DNA from: Utricularia gibba
Taxonomy: Eukaryota > Plantae > Magnoliophyta
Direction of reading: 5' to 3'
NCBI GenBank assembly: GCA_002189035.1
Contig: NEEC01000007.1
Location: forward strand, 3,640,654-3,704,653
DNA: 64,000 nt
Shown here: piece after piece, positions 1 to 10,980 of the stretch
Layout: each line of letters begins with the position of its first letter
How positions within the stretch are numbered: position 1 is the first letter of the stretch
The notes under the pieces: generated by a model
Told to the model about the DNA's origin: nothing
Database searches by the model: none
Seen by the model: the letters and a program-made list of their open reading frames with translations, nothing else
Program-made: the position numbers and the translations under genes

Positions 1-68
1 TTGGGCGGGTGATGTCGTTGTGAACTTCGTTCTGACCCAAGGTTCGGTCTGTCTCCTTTGCCAAATCT

Positions 69-132
69 GGTCCTACTCGACGAAAATCGTGATGCAGTTA
101 TTGAAGTTAGGATTTCATGAGCACCCAAAATG
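69..132 (+). repeat. Near-invariant 64-bp box present once per monomer, spanning the junction of subunit 2 and subunit 1 (first copy shown)
   Basis: GGTCCTACTCGACGAAAATCGTGATGCAGTTATTGAAGTTAGGATT(T)CATGAGCACCCAAAATG is shared by all monomer classes. Only sporadic exceptions were seen (e.g. ACG deletion near 12210, extra T near 9733, GATATC variants). Confidence 0.9.
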
Positions 133-406
133 CTTTTTCAATCGCATGCTTTGTAGTTGAGGAGGCGCTCTAGTGGGGCACGGTATCGGGCAAAAGGTCG
201 AGTCGGGCTCGCTCCCAGAGTCATTTTTAGCCTGTCAAAAAAAGTGATGCATTTATTAACGTTGGGTTTTAATAGGCTGCCTACATGGTTTCTCAAGGAA
301 AAGCTTGTCGTTTCTGGGCGGGTGATGTCTTTTGGAACTTCGTTCTGACCATAGGTTCGGTCTGACTCCTTTGCCACATCGGGTCCTACTCGACGAAAAT
401 CGTGAT
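94..406 (+). repeat. Example class A monomer (313 bp)
   Basis: Diagnostic strings: AATGCTTTT..TCAATCGCATGCTTTGTAGTTGAGGAGGCGCTCTAGTGGGGCACGG, GGGCAAAAGG, GGGCTCGCTCCC (no SacI site), TTTTTAGCCTGTCAAAAAAAGTG, GACCATAGG. Confidence 0.9.
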
Positions 407-720
407 GCAGTTATTGAAGTTAGGATTTCATGAGCACCCAAAATGGTTTTCTCAACCGCATGCTTTATATTTGATAAGGTGCTCTCGTGGGGCAACGGTA
501 TCGAGTAGGAGGTCGAGTCGAGCTCGGGCCCATAGTCATTTGTAGCTCGGCAAAAAACTTGATGCATTTATTAACGGTTGGTTTTAATAGGCTGCCTCAA
601 TGGTTTTCTCAAGGAAAAGCTTGTCGTTTTTGGGCGGGTGATGTCGTTGTGAACTTCGTTCTGACCAAGGTTCGGTCTGTCTCCTTTGCCAATCTGGTCC
701 TACTCGACGAAAATCGTGAT
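407..720 (+). repeat. Example class B monomer (314 bp = 157 + 157)
   Basis: Diagnostic strings: GATAAGGTGCTCTCG, GAGTAGG, GAGCTCGGGCCCATAG, TAGCTCGGCAAAAAACTTG, AACGGTTGG, GCCTCAATGG, GTCGTTGTGAAC, GTCTCCTTTGCCAATCTGG. By eye about 35 differences from class A, mostly in the first subunit. Confidence 0.9.
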
Positions 721-3700
721 GCAGTTATTGAAGTTAGGATTTCATGAGCACCCAAAATGCTTTTGTCAATCGCATGCTTTGTAGTTGAGGAGCGCTCTAG
801 TGGGGCACGGTATCGGGCAAAAGGTCGAGTCGGGCTCGCTCCCAGAGTCATTTTTAGCCTCAAAAAAAGTGATGCATTTATTAACGTTGGTTTTAATAGG
901 CTGCCTACATGGTTTCTCAAGGAAAAGCTTGTCGTTTCTGGGCGGGTGATGTCTTTTGGAACTTCGTTCTGACCATAGGTTCGGTCTGACTCCTTTGCCA
1001 CATCGGGTCCTACTCGACGAAAATCGTGATGCAGTTATTGAAGTTAGGATTCATGAGCACCCAAAATGGTTTTCTCAACCGCATGCTTTATATTTGATAA
1101 GGTCTCGTGGGGCAACGGTATCGAGCAGGAGGTCGAGTCGAGCTCGGGCCCAGAGTCATTTGTAGCCCGGCAAAAAAAATTGATGCATTTATTAACGTTG
1201 GTTTTTAGGCTGCCTACATGTTTCTCAAGGAAAAGCTTGTCGTTTCTGGGCGGGTGATGTCTTTTGGAACTTCGTTCTGACCAAGGTTCGGTCTGACTCC
1301 TTTGCCACATCGGGTCCTACTCGACGAAAATCGTGATGCAGTTATTGAAGTTAGGATTTCATGAGCACCCAAAATGGTTTTCTCAACCGCATGCTTTATA
1401 TTTGATAAGGCCTCTCGTGGGGCAACGGTATCGAGCAGGAGGTCGAGTCGAGCTCGGCCCAGAGTCATTTGTAGCCCGGCAAAAAAAATTGATGCATTTA
1501 TTAACGTTGGTTTTAGGCTGCCTACATGGTTTCTCAAGGAAAAGCTTGTCGTTTTTGGCGGGTGATGTCGTTGGAACTTCGTTCTGACCCAAGGTTCGGT
1601 CTGACTCCTTTGCCACATCGGGTCCTACTCGACGAAAATCGTGATGCAGTTATTGAAGTTAGGATTTCATGAGCACCCAAAATGGTTTTCTCAACCGCAT
1701 GCTTTATATTTGATAAGGCGCTCTCGTGGGGCAACGGTATCGAGCAGGAGGTCGAGTCGAGCTCGGGCCCATAGTCATTTGTAGCTCGGCAAAAAACTTG
1801 ATGCATTATTAACGTTGGTTTTAATAGACATGGTTTTCTCAAGGAAAAGCTTGTCGTTTTTGGCGGGTGATGTCGTTGGAACTTCGTTCTGACCCAAGGT
1901 TCGGTCTGACTCCTTTGCCACATCGGTCCTACTCGACGAAAATCGTGATGCAGTTATTGAAGTTAGGATTCATGAGCACCCAAAATGGTTTTCTCAACCG
2001 CATGCTTTATATTTGATAAGGCACTCTCGTGGGGCAACGGTATCGAGCAGGAGGTCGAGTCGAGCTCGGCCAGAGTCATTTGTAGCCCGGCAAAAAAATT
2101 GATGCATTTATTAACGTTCGGCTTTATTAGGCTGCCTACATGTTTCTCAAGGAAAAGCTTGTCGTTTCTGGCGGGTGATGTCTTTTGGAACTTCGTTCTG
2201 ACCAGGTTCGGTCTGACTCCTTTGCCACATCGGGTCCTACTCGACGAAAATCGTGATGCAGTTATTGAAGTTAGGATTTCATGAGCACCCAAAATGGTTT
2301 TCTCAACCGCATGCTTTATATTTGATAAGGTGCTCTCGTGGGGCAACGGTATCGAGTAGGAGGTCGAGTCGAGCTCGGGCCCATAGTCATTTGTAGCTCG
2401 GCAAAAAACTTGATGCATTTATTAACGGTTGGTTTTAATAGGCTGCCTCAATGGTTTTCTCAAGGAAAAGCTTGTCGTTTTGGGCGGGTGATGTCGTTGT
2501 GAACTTCGTTCTGACCCAAGGTTCGGTCTGTCTCCTTTGCCAATCTGGTCCTACTCGACGAAAATCGTGATGCAGTTATTGAAGTTAGGATTTCATGAGC
2601 ACCCAAAATGCTTTTGTCAATCGCATGCTTTGTAGTTGAGGAGGCGCTCTAGTGGGGCACGGTATCGGGCAAAAGGTCGAGTCGGGCTCGCCCAGAGTCA
2701 TTTTGCCTGTCAAAAAAAGTGATGCATTTATTAACGTTGGGTTTTAATAGGCTGCCTACATGGTTTCTCAAGGAAAAGCTTGTCGTTTCTGGGCGGTGAT
2801 GTCTTTTGGAACTTCGTTCTGACCATAGGTTCGGTCTGACTCCTTTGCCACATCGGGTCCTACTCGACGAAAATCGTGATGCAGTTATTGAAGTTAGGAT
2901 TTCATGAGCACCCAAAATGGTTTTCTCAACCGCATGCTTTATATTTGATAAGGTGCTCTCGTGGGGCAACGGTATCGAGTAGGAGGTCGAGTCGAGCTCG
3001 GGCCCATAGTCATTTGTAGCTCGGCAAAAAACTTGATGCATTTATTAACGGTTGGTTTTAATAGGCTGCCTCAATGGTTTTCTCAAGGAAAAGCTTGTCG
3101 TTTTTGGGCGGGTGATGTCGTTGTGAACTTCGTTCTGACCCAAGGTTCGGTCTGTCTCCTTTGCCAATCTGGTCCTACTCGACGAAAATCGTGATGCAGT
3201 TATTGAAGTTAGGATTTCATGAGCACCCAAAATGCTTTTGTCAATCGCATGCTTTGTAGTTGAGGAGGCGCTCTAGTGGGGCACGGTATCGGGCAAAGGT
3301 CGAGTCGGGCTCGCTCCCAGAGTCATTTTTAGCCTGTCAAAAAAAGTGATGCATTTATTAACGTTGGGTTTTAATAGGCTGCCTACATGGTTTCTCAAGG
3401 AAAAGCTTGTCGTTTCTGGGCGGGTGATGTCTTTTGGAACTTCGTTCTGACCATAGGTTCGGTCTGACTCCTTTGCCACATCGGGTCCTACTCGACGAAA
3501 ATCGTGATGCAGTTATTGAAGTTAGGATTCATGAGCACCCAAAATGGTTTTCTCAACCGCATGCTTTATATTTGATAAGGCACTCTCGTGGGGCAACGGT
3601 ATCGAGCAGGAGGTCGAGTCGAGCTCGGGCCCAGAGTCATTTGTAGCCCGGCAAAAAAATTGATGCATTTATTAACGTTGGTTTATTAGGCTGCCTACAT

Positions 3701-5380
3701 GTTTCTCAAGGAAAAGCTTGTCGTTTCTGGGCGGGTGATGTCTTTTGGAACTTCGTTCTGACCAAGGTTCGGTCTGACTCCTTTGCCACATCGGGTCCTA
3801 CTCGACGAAAATCGTGATGCAGTTATTGAAGTTAGGATTTCATGAGCACCCAAAATGGTTTTCTCAACCGCATGCTTTATATTTGATAAGGCGCTCTCGT
3901 GGGGCAACGGTATCGAGCAGGAGGTCGAGTCGAGCTCGGGCCCAGAGTCATTTGTAGCCCGGCAAAAAAATTGATGCATTTATTAACGTTGGTTTTAATA
4001 GGCTGCCTACATGGTTTCTCAAGGAAAAGCTTGTCGTTTCTGGCGGGTGATGTCGTTGGGAACTTCGTTCTGACCAAGGTTCGGTCTGACTCCTTTGCCA
4101 CATCGGTCCTACTCGACGAAAATCGTGATGCAGTTATTGAAGTTAGGATTCATGAGCACCCAAAATGGTTTTCTCAACCGCATGCTTTATATTTGATAAG
4201 GCGCTCTCGTGGGGCAACGGTATCGAGCAGGAGGTCGAGTCGAGCTCGGGCCCATAGTCATTTGTAGCTCGGCAAAAAACTTGATGCATTTATTAACGTT
4301 GGTTTTAATAGCTGCCTACATGGTTTTCTCAAGGAAAAGCTTGTCGTTTTTGGGCGGGTGATGTCGTTGTGAACTTCGTTCTGACCCAAGGTTCGGTCTG
4401 TCTCCTTTGCCAAATCTGGTCCTACTCGACGAAAATCGTGATGCAGTTATTGAAGTTAGGATTTCATGAGCACCCAAAATGGTTTTCTCAACCGCATGCT
4501 TTATATTTGATAAGGCACTCTCGTGGGGCAACGGTATCGAGCAGGAGGTCGAGTCGAGCTCGGCCCAGAGTCATTTGTAGCCCGGCAAAAAAAATTGATG
4601 CATTTATTAACGTTGGTTTATTAGGCTGCCTACATGGTTTCTCAAGGAAAGCTTGTCGTTTCTGGGCGGGTGATGTCTTTTGGAACTTCGTTCTGACCAT
4701 AGGTTCGGTCTGACTCCTTTGCCACATCGGGTCCTACTCGACGAAAATCGTGATGCAGTTATTGAAGTTAGGATTTCATGAGCACCCAAAATGGTTTTCT
4801 CAACCGCATGCTTTATATTTGATAAGGTGCTCTCGTGGGGCAACGGTATCGAGTAGGAGGTCGAGTCGAGCTCGGGCCCATAGTCATTTGTAGCTCGGCA
4901 AAAAACTTGATGCATTTATTAACGTTGGTTTTAATAGGCTGCCTCAATGGTTTTCTCAAGGAAAAGCTTGTCGTTTTTGGGCGGGTGATGTCGTTGTGAA
5001 CTTCGTTCTGACCCAAGGTTCGGTCTGTCTCCTTTGCCAATCTGGTCCTACTCGACGAAAATCGTGATGCAGTTATTGAAGTTAGGATTTCATGAGCACC
5101 CAAAATGCTTTTGTCAATCGCATGCTTTGTATTGAGGAGGCGCTCTAGTGGGGCACGGTATCGGGCAAAAGGTCGAGTCGGGCTCGCTCCCAGAGTCATT
5201 TTTAGCCTGCAAAAAAAGTGATGCATTTATTAACGTTGGGTTTTAATAGGCTGCCTACATGGTTTCTCAAGGAAAAGCTTGTCGTTTCTGGGCGGGTGAT
5301 GTCTTTTGGAACTTCGTTCTGACCATAGGTTCGGTCTGACTCCTTTGCCACATCGGGTCCTACTCGACGAAAATCGTGAT

Positions 5381-5693
5381 GCAGTTATTGAAGTTAGGAT
5401 TCATGAGCACCCAAAATGGTTTTCTCAACCGCATGCTTTATATTTGATAAGGCACTCTCGTGGGGCAACGGTATCGAGCAGGAGGTCGAGTCGAGCTCGG
5501 CCCAGAGTCATTTGTAGCCCGGCAAAAAAAATTGATGCATTTATTAACGTTCGGCTTTATTAGGCTGCCTACATAGTTTCTCAAGGAAAAGCTTGTCGTT
5601 TCTGGGCGGGTGATGTCTTTTGGAACTTCGTTCTGACCAAGGTTCGGTCTGACTCCTTTGCCACATCGGGTCCTACTCGACGAAAATCGTGAT
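5381..5693 (+). repeat. Example class C monomer
   Basis: Diagnostic strings: GGATTCATG (1 nt shorter), AAGGCACTCTCG, GAGCAGG, CCCAGAGTC, TAGCCCGGCAAAAAAATTG, TTCGGCTTTATTAGG, CTACATAG. The C' variant has GTCGTTGG(G)AAC and GACCCAAGG in the second subunit (e.g. 7871-8182, 10356-10668). Confidence 0.8.
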
Positions 5694-8600
5694 GCAGTTA
5701 TTGAAGTTAGGATTCATGAGCACCCAAAATGGTTTTCTCAACCGCATGCTTTATATTTGATAGGAGGCGCTCTCGTGGGGCAACGGTATCGAGCAGGAGG
5801 TCGAGTCGAGCTCGGGCCCATAGTCATTTGTAGCTCGGCAAAAAACTTGATGCATTTATTAACGTTGGGTTTTAATAGCTGCCTACATTGTTTTCTCAAG
5901 GAAAAGCTTGTCGTTTTTGGGCGGGTGATTTCGTTGTGAACTTCGTTCTGACCCAAGGTTCGGTCTGTCTCCTTTGCCAAATCGGGTCCTACTCGACGAA
6001 AATCGTGATGCAGTTATTGAAGTTAGGATTTCATGAGCACCCAAAATGGTTTTCTCAACCGCATGCTTTATATTTGATAAGGCACTCTCGTGGGGCAACG
6101 GTATCGAGCAGGAGGTCGAGTCGAGCTCGGCCCAGAGTCATTTGTAGCCCGGCAAAAAAATTGATGCATTTATTAACGTTCGGCTTTATTAGGCTGCCTA
6201 CATGTTTCTCAAGGAAAAGCTTGTCGTTTCTGGGCGGGTGATGTCTTTTGGAACTTCGTTCTGACCATAGGTTCGGTCTGACTCCTTTGCCACATCGGGT
6301 CCTACTCGACGAAAATCGTGATGCAGTTATTGAAGTTAGGATTTCATGAGCACCCAAAATGGTTTTTCAACCGCATGCTTTATATTTGATAAGGTGCTCT
6401 CGTGGGGCAACGGTATCGAGTAGGAGGTCGAGTCGAGCTCGGGCCCATAGTCATTTGTAGCTCGGCAAAAAATTGATGCATTTATTAACGGTTGGTTTTA
6501 ATAGGCTGCCTATGGTTTTCTCAAGGAAAAGCTTGTCGTTTTGGCGGGTGATGTCGTTGTGAACTTCGTTCTGACCCAAGGTTCGGTCTGTCTCCTTTGC
6601 CAATCGGTCCTACTCGACGAAATCGTGATGCAGTTATTGAAGTTAGGATTTCATGAGCACCCAAAATGTTTTCTCAATCGCATGCTTTGTATTTGAGGAG
6701 GCGCTCGTGGGCACGGTATCGGGCGAGGTCGAGTCGGCTCGCCCAGAGTCATTTTTAGCCTGCAAAAAAATGATGCATTTATTAACGTTGGGTTTTAATA
6801 GGCTGCCTACATGGTTTCTCAAGGAAAAGCTTGTCGTTTCTGGCGGGTGATGTCTTTTGGAACTTCGTTCTGACCAAGGTTCGGTCTGACTCCTTTGCCA
6901 CATCGGGTCCTACTCGACGAAAATCGTGATGCAGTTATTGAAGTTAGGATTTCATGAGCACCCAAAATGGTTTTCTCAACCGCATGCTTTATATTTGATA
7001 AGGTGCTCTCGTGGGGCAACGGTATCGAGTAGGAGGTCGAGTCGAGCTCGGGCCCATAGTCATTTGTAGCTCGGCAAAAAAACTTGATGCATTTATTAAC
7101 GGTTGGTTTTAATAGGCTGCCTCAATGGTTTTCTCAAGGAAAAGCTTGTCGTTTTTGGGCGGGTGATGTCGTTGTGAACTTCGTTCTGACCCAAGGTTCG
7201 GTCTGTCTCCTTTGCCAATCTGGTCCTACTCGACGAAAATCGTGATGCAGTTATTGAAGTTAGGATTTCATGAGCACCCAAAATGTTTTGTCAATCGCAT
7301 GCTTTGTAGTTGAGGAGGCGCTCTAGTGGGGCACGGTATCGGGCAAAAGGTCGAGTCGGCTCGCTCCCAGAGTCATTTTTAGCCTGTCAAAAAAAGTGAT
7401 GCATTTATTAACGTTGGGTTTTAATAGGCTGCCTACATGGTTTCTCAAGGAAAAGCTTGTCGTTTCTGGGCGGGTGATGTCTTTTGGAACTTCGTTCTGA
7501 CCATAGGTTCGTCTGACTCCTTTGCCACATCGGGTCCTACTCGACGAAAATCGTGATGCAGTTATTGAAGTTAGGATTCATGAGCACCCAAAATGGTTTT
7601 CTCAACCGCATGCTTTATATTTGATAAGGCACTCTCGTGGGGCAACGGTATCGAGCAGGAGGTCGAGTCGAGCTCGGGCCCAGAGTCATTTGTAGCCCGG
7701 CAAAAAAAAATTGATGCATTTATTAACGTTGGCTTTATTAGGCTGCCTACATATTTCTCAAGGAAAAGCTTGTCGTTTCTGGCGGGTGATGTCTTTTGGA
7801 ACTTCGTTCTGACCCAAGGTTCGGTCTGACTCCTTTGCCACATCGGGTCCTACTCGACGAAAATCGTGATGCAGTTATTGAAGTTAGGATTTCATGAGCA
7901 CCCAAAATGGTTTTCTCAACCGCATGCTTTATATTTGATAAGGCACTCTCGTGGGGCAACGGTATCGAGCAGGAGGTCGAGTCGAGCTCGGCCCAGAGTC
8001 ATTTGTAGCCCGGCAAAAAAAATTGATGCATTTATTAACGTTGGCTTTATTAGGCTGCCTACATAGTTTCTCAAGGAAAAGCTTGTCGTTTCTGGCGGGT
8101 GATGTCGTTGGAACTTCGTTCTGACCCAAGGTTCGGTCTGACTCCTTTGCCACATCGGGTCCTACTCGACGAAAATCGTGATGCAGTTATTGAAGTTAGG
8201 ATTTCATGAGCACCCAAAATGGTTTTCTCAACCGCATGCTTTATATTTGAAGGCTCTCGTGGGGCAACGGTATCGAGCAGAGGTCGAGTCGAGCTCGGGC
8301 CCATAGTCATTTGTAGCTCGGCAAAAAACTTGATGCATTATTAACGTTGGTTTTAATAGCATTGTTTTCTCAAGGAAAAGCTTGTCGTTTTTGGGCGGGT
8401 GATGTCGTTTGGAACTTCGTTCTGACCAAGGTTCGGTCTGTCCTTTGCCAAATCGGTCCTACTCGACGAAAATCGTGATGCAGTTATTGAAGTTAGGATT
8501 TCATGAGCACCCAAAATGTTTTTCAACCGCATGCTTTATATTTGATAAGGCACTCTGGGGCAACGGTATCGAGCAGGAGGTCGAGTCGAGCTCGGGCCCA

Positions 8601-10668
8601 GAGTCATTTGTAGCCCGGCAAAAAAAATTGATGCATTTATTAACGTTCGGCTTTATTAGGCTGCCTACATAGTTTCTCAAGGAAAAGCTTGTCGTTTCTG
8701 GGCGGGTGATGTCTTTTGGAACTTCGTTCTGACCATAGGTTCGGTCTGACTCCTTTGCCACATCGGGTCCTACTCGACGAAAATCGTGATGCAGTTATTG
8801 AAGTTAGGATTTCATGAGCACCCAAAATGGTTTTCTCAACCGCATGCTTTATATTTGATAAGGTGCTCTCGTGGGGCAACGGTATCGAGTAGGAGGTCGA
8901 GTCGAGCTCGGGCCCATAGTCATTTGTAGCTCGGCAAAAAACTTGATGCATTTATTAACGTTGGTTTTAATAGGCTGCCTCAATGGTTTTCTCAAGGAAA
9001 AGCTTGTCGTTTTTGGGCGGGTGATGTCGTTGTGAACTTCGTTCTGACCCAAGGTTCGGTCTGTCTCCTTTGCCAATCTGGTCCTACTCGACGAAAATCG
9101 TGATGCAGTTATTGAAGTTAGGATTTCATGAGCACCCAAAATGCTTTTGTCAATCGCATGCTTTGTAGTTGAGGAGGCGCTCTAGTGGGGCACGGTATCG
9201 GCAAAAGGTCGAGTCGGCTCGCTCCCAGAGTCATTTTTAGCCTGCAAAAAAATTGATGCATTTATTAACGTTGGGTTTTAATAGGCTGCCTACATGGTTT
9301 CTCAAGGAAAAGCTTGTCGTTTCTGGGCGGGTGATGTCTTTTGGAACTTCGTTCTGACCATAGGTTCGGTCTGACTCCTTTGCCACATCGGGTCCTACTC
9401 GACGAAAATCGTGATGCAGTTATTGAAGTTAGGATTTCATGAGCACCCAAAATGGTTTTCTCAACCGCATGCTTTATATTTGATAAGGTGCTCTCGTGGG
9501 GCAACGGTCGAGTAGGAGGTCGAGTCGAGCTCGGGCCCATAGTCATTTGTAGCTCGGCAAAAAACTTGATGCATTTATTAACGTTGGTTTTAATAGGCTG
9601 CCTCAATGGTTTTCTCAAGGAAAAGCTTGTCGTTTTTTGGGCGGGTGATGTCGTTGTGAACTTCGTTCTGACCCAAGGTTCGGTCTGTCTCCTTTGCCAA
9701 TCTGGTCCTACTCGACGAAAATCGTGATGCAGTTTATTGAAGTTAGGATTTCATGAGCACCCAAAATGTTTTTGTCAATCGCATGCTTTGTAGTTGAGGA
9801 GGCGCTCTAGTGGGGCACGTATCGGGCAAAAGGTCGAGTCGGGCTCGCTCCCAGAGTCATTTTTAGCCTGTCAAAAAAAGTGATGCATTTATTAACGTTG
9901 GTTTTAATAGGCTGCCTACATGGTTTCTCAAGGAAAAGCTTGTCGTTTCTGGGCGGGTGATGTCTTTTGGAACTTCGTTCTGACCATAGGTTCGGTCTGA
10001 CTCCTTTGCCACATCGGGTCCTACTCGACGAAAATCGTGATGCAGTTATTGAAGTTAGGATTCATGAGCACCCAAAATGGTTTTCTCAACCGCATGCTTT
10101 ATATTTGATAAGGCACTCTCGTGGGGCAACGGTATCGAGAGCAGGAGGTCGAGTCGAGCTCGGGCCCAGAGTCATTTGTAGCCCGGCAAAAAAATTGATG
10201 CATTTATTAACGTTGGTTTTATTAGGCTGCCTACATAGTTTCTCAAGGAAAAGCTTGTCGTTTCTGGGCGGGTGATGTCTTTTGGAACTTCGTTCTGACC
10301 AAGGTTCGGTCTGACTCCTTTGCCACATCGGGTCCTACTCGACGAAAATCGTGATGCAGTTATTGAAGTTAGGATTCATGAGCACCCAAAATGGTTTTCT
10401 CAACCGCATGCTTTTATATTTGATAAGGCACTCTCGTGGGCAACGGTATCGAGCAGGAGGTCGAGTCGAGCTCGGCCCAGAGTCATTTGTAGCCCGGCAA
10501 AAAAAATTGATGCATTTATTAACGTTCGGCTTTATTAGGCTGCCTACATAGTTTCTCAAGGAAAAGCTTGTCGTTTCTGGCGGGTGATGTCGTTGGGAAC
10601 TTCGTTCGGACCCAAGGTTCTGTCTGACTCCTTTGCCACATCGGGTCCTACTCGACGAAAATCGTGAT

Positions 10669-10980
10669 GCAGTTATTGAAGTTAGGATGTCATGAGCACC
10701 CAAAATGGTTTTCTCAACCGCATGCTTTATATTTGAGGAGGCGCTCTCGTGGGGCAACGGTATCGAGCAGGAGGTCGAGTCGAGCTCGGGCCCATAGTCA
10801 TTTGTAGCTCGGCAAAAAACTTGATGCATTTATTAACGTTGGTTTTAATATGCCTACATTGTTTTCTCAAGGAAAAGCTTGTCGTTTTTTGGGCGGGTGA
10901 TTTCGTTGTGAACTTCGTTCTGACCCAAGGTTCGGTCTGTCTCCTTTGCCAAATCGGTCCTACTCGACGAAAATCGTGAT
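10669..10980 (+). repeat. Example class D monomer (A/B/C mosaic-like)
   Basis: Combines TTTGAGGAGGCG (A-like), GAGCAGG (C-like), and CCCATAG, TAGCTCGGCAAAAAACTTG, GTTGTGAAC, GTCTCC (B-like). Similar units at 1646, 4130, 5694, 8183, 12524, 16859. Confidence 0.7.

Noticed and set aside
104-113. TTAGG / telomere repeat
   Set aside because: Only single degenerate motifs per monomer; never a tandem telomeric array.
407-563. Identity with grass centromeric repeats CentO, CentC or CentBd (155-156 bp)
   Set aside because: Subunit length matches, but I see only trivial similarity (TTGGGTGC on the minus strand) to what I recall of those sequences. Length alone is not evidence.
532-570. 10-bp phased A/T tracts (bent DNA)
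   Set aside because: A and T runs are present, but the positions I listed for one subunit were not convincingly 10-bp periodic. A computed curvature analysis would be needed.
407-720. 5S rDNA or tRNA tandem unit (plant 5S units can be ~300 bp)
   Set aside because: No 5S coding sequence, internal control boxes or cloverleaf is recognisable, and the internal dimer structure explains the unit.
1567-1583. GTCGTTGGAAC resembling part of the CENP-B box (YTTCGTTGGAARCGGGA)
   Set aside because: It lacks the essential TTCG....A..CGGG pattern (no downstream CGGG) and occurs only in some monomers.
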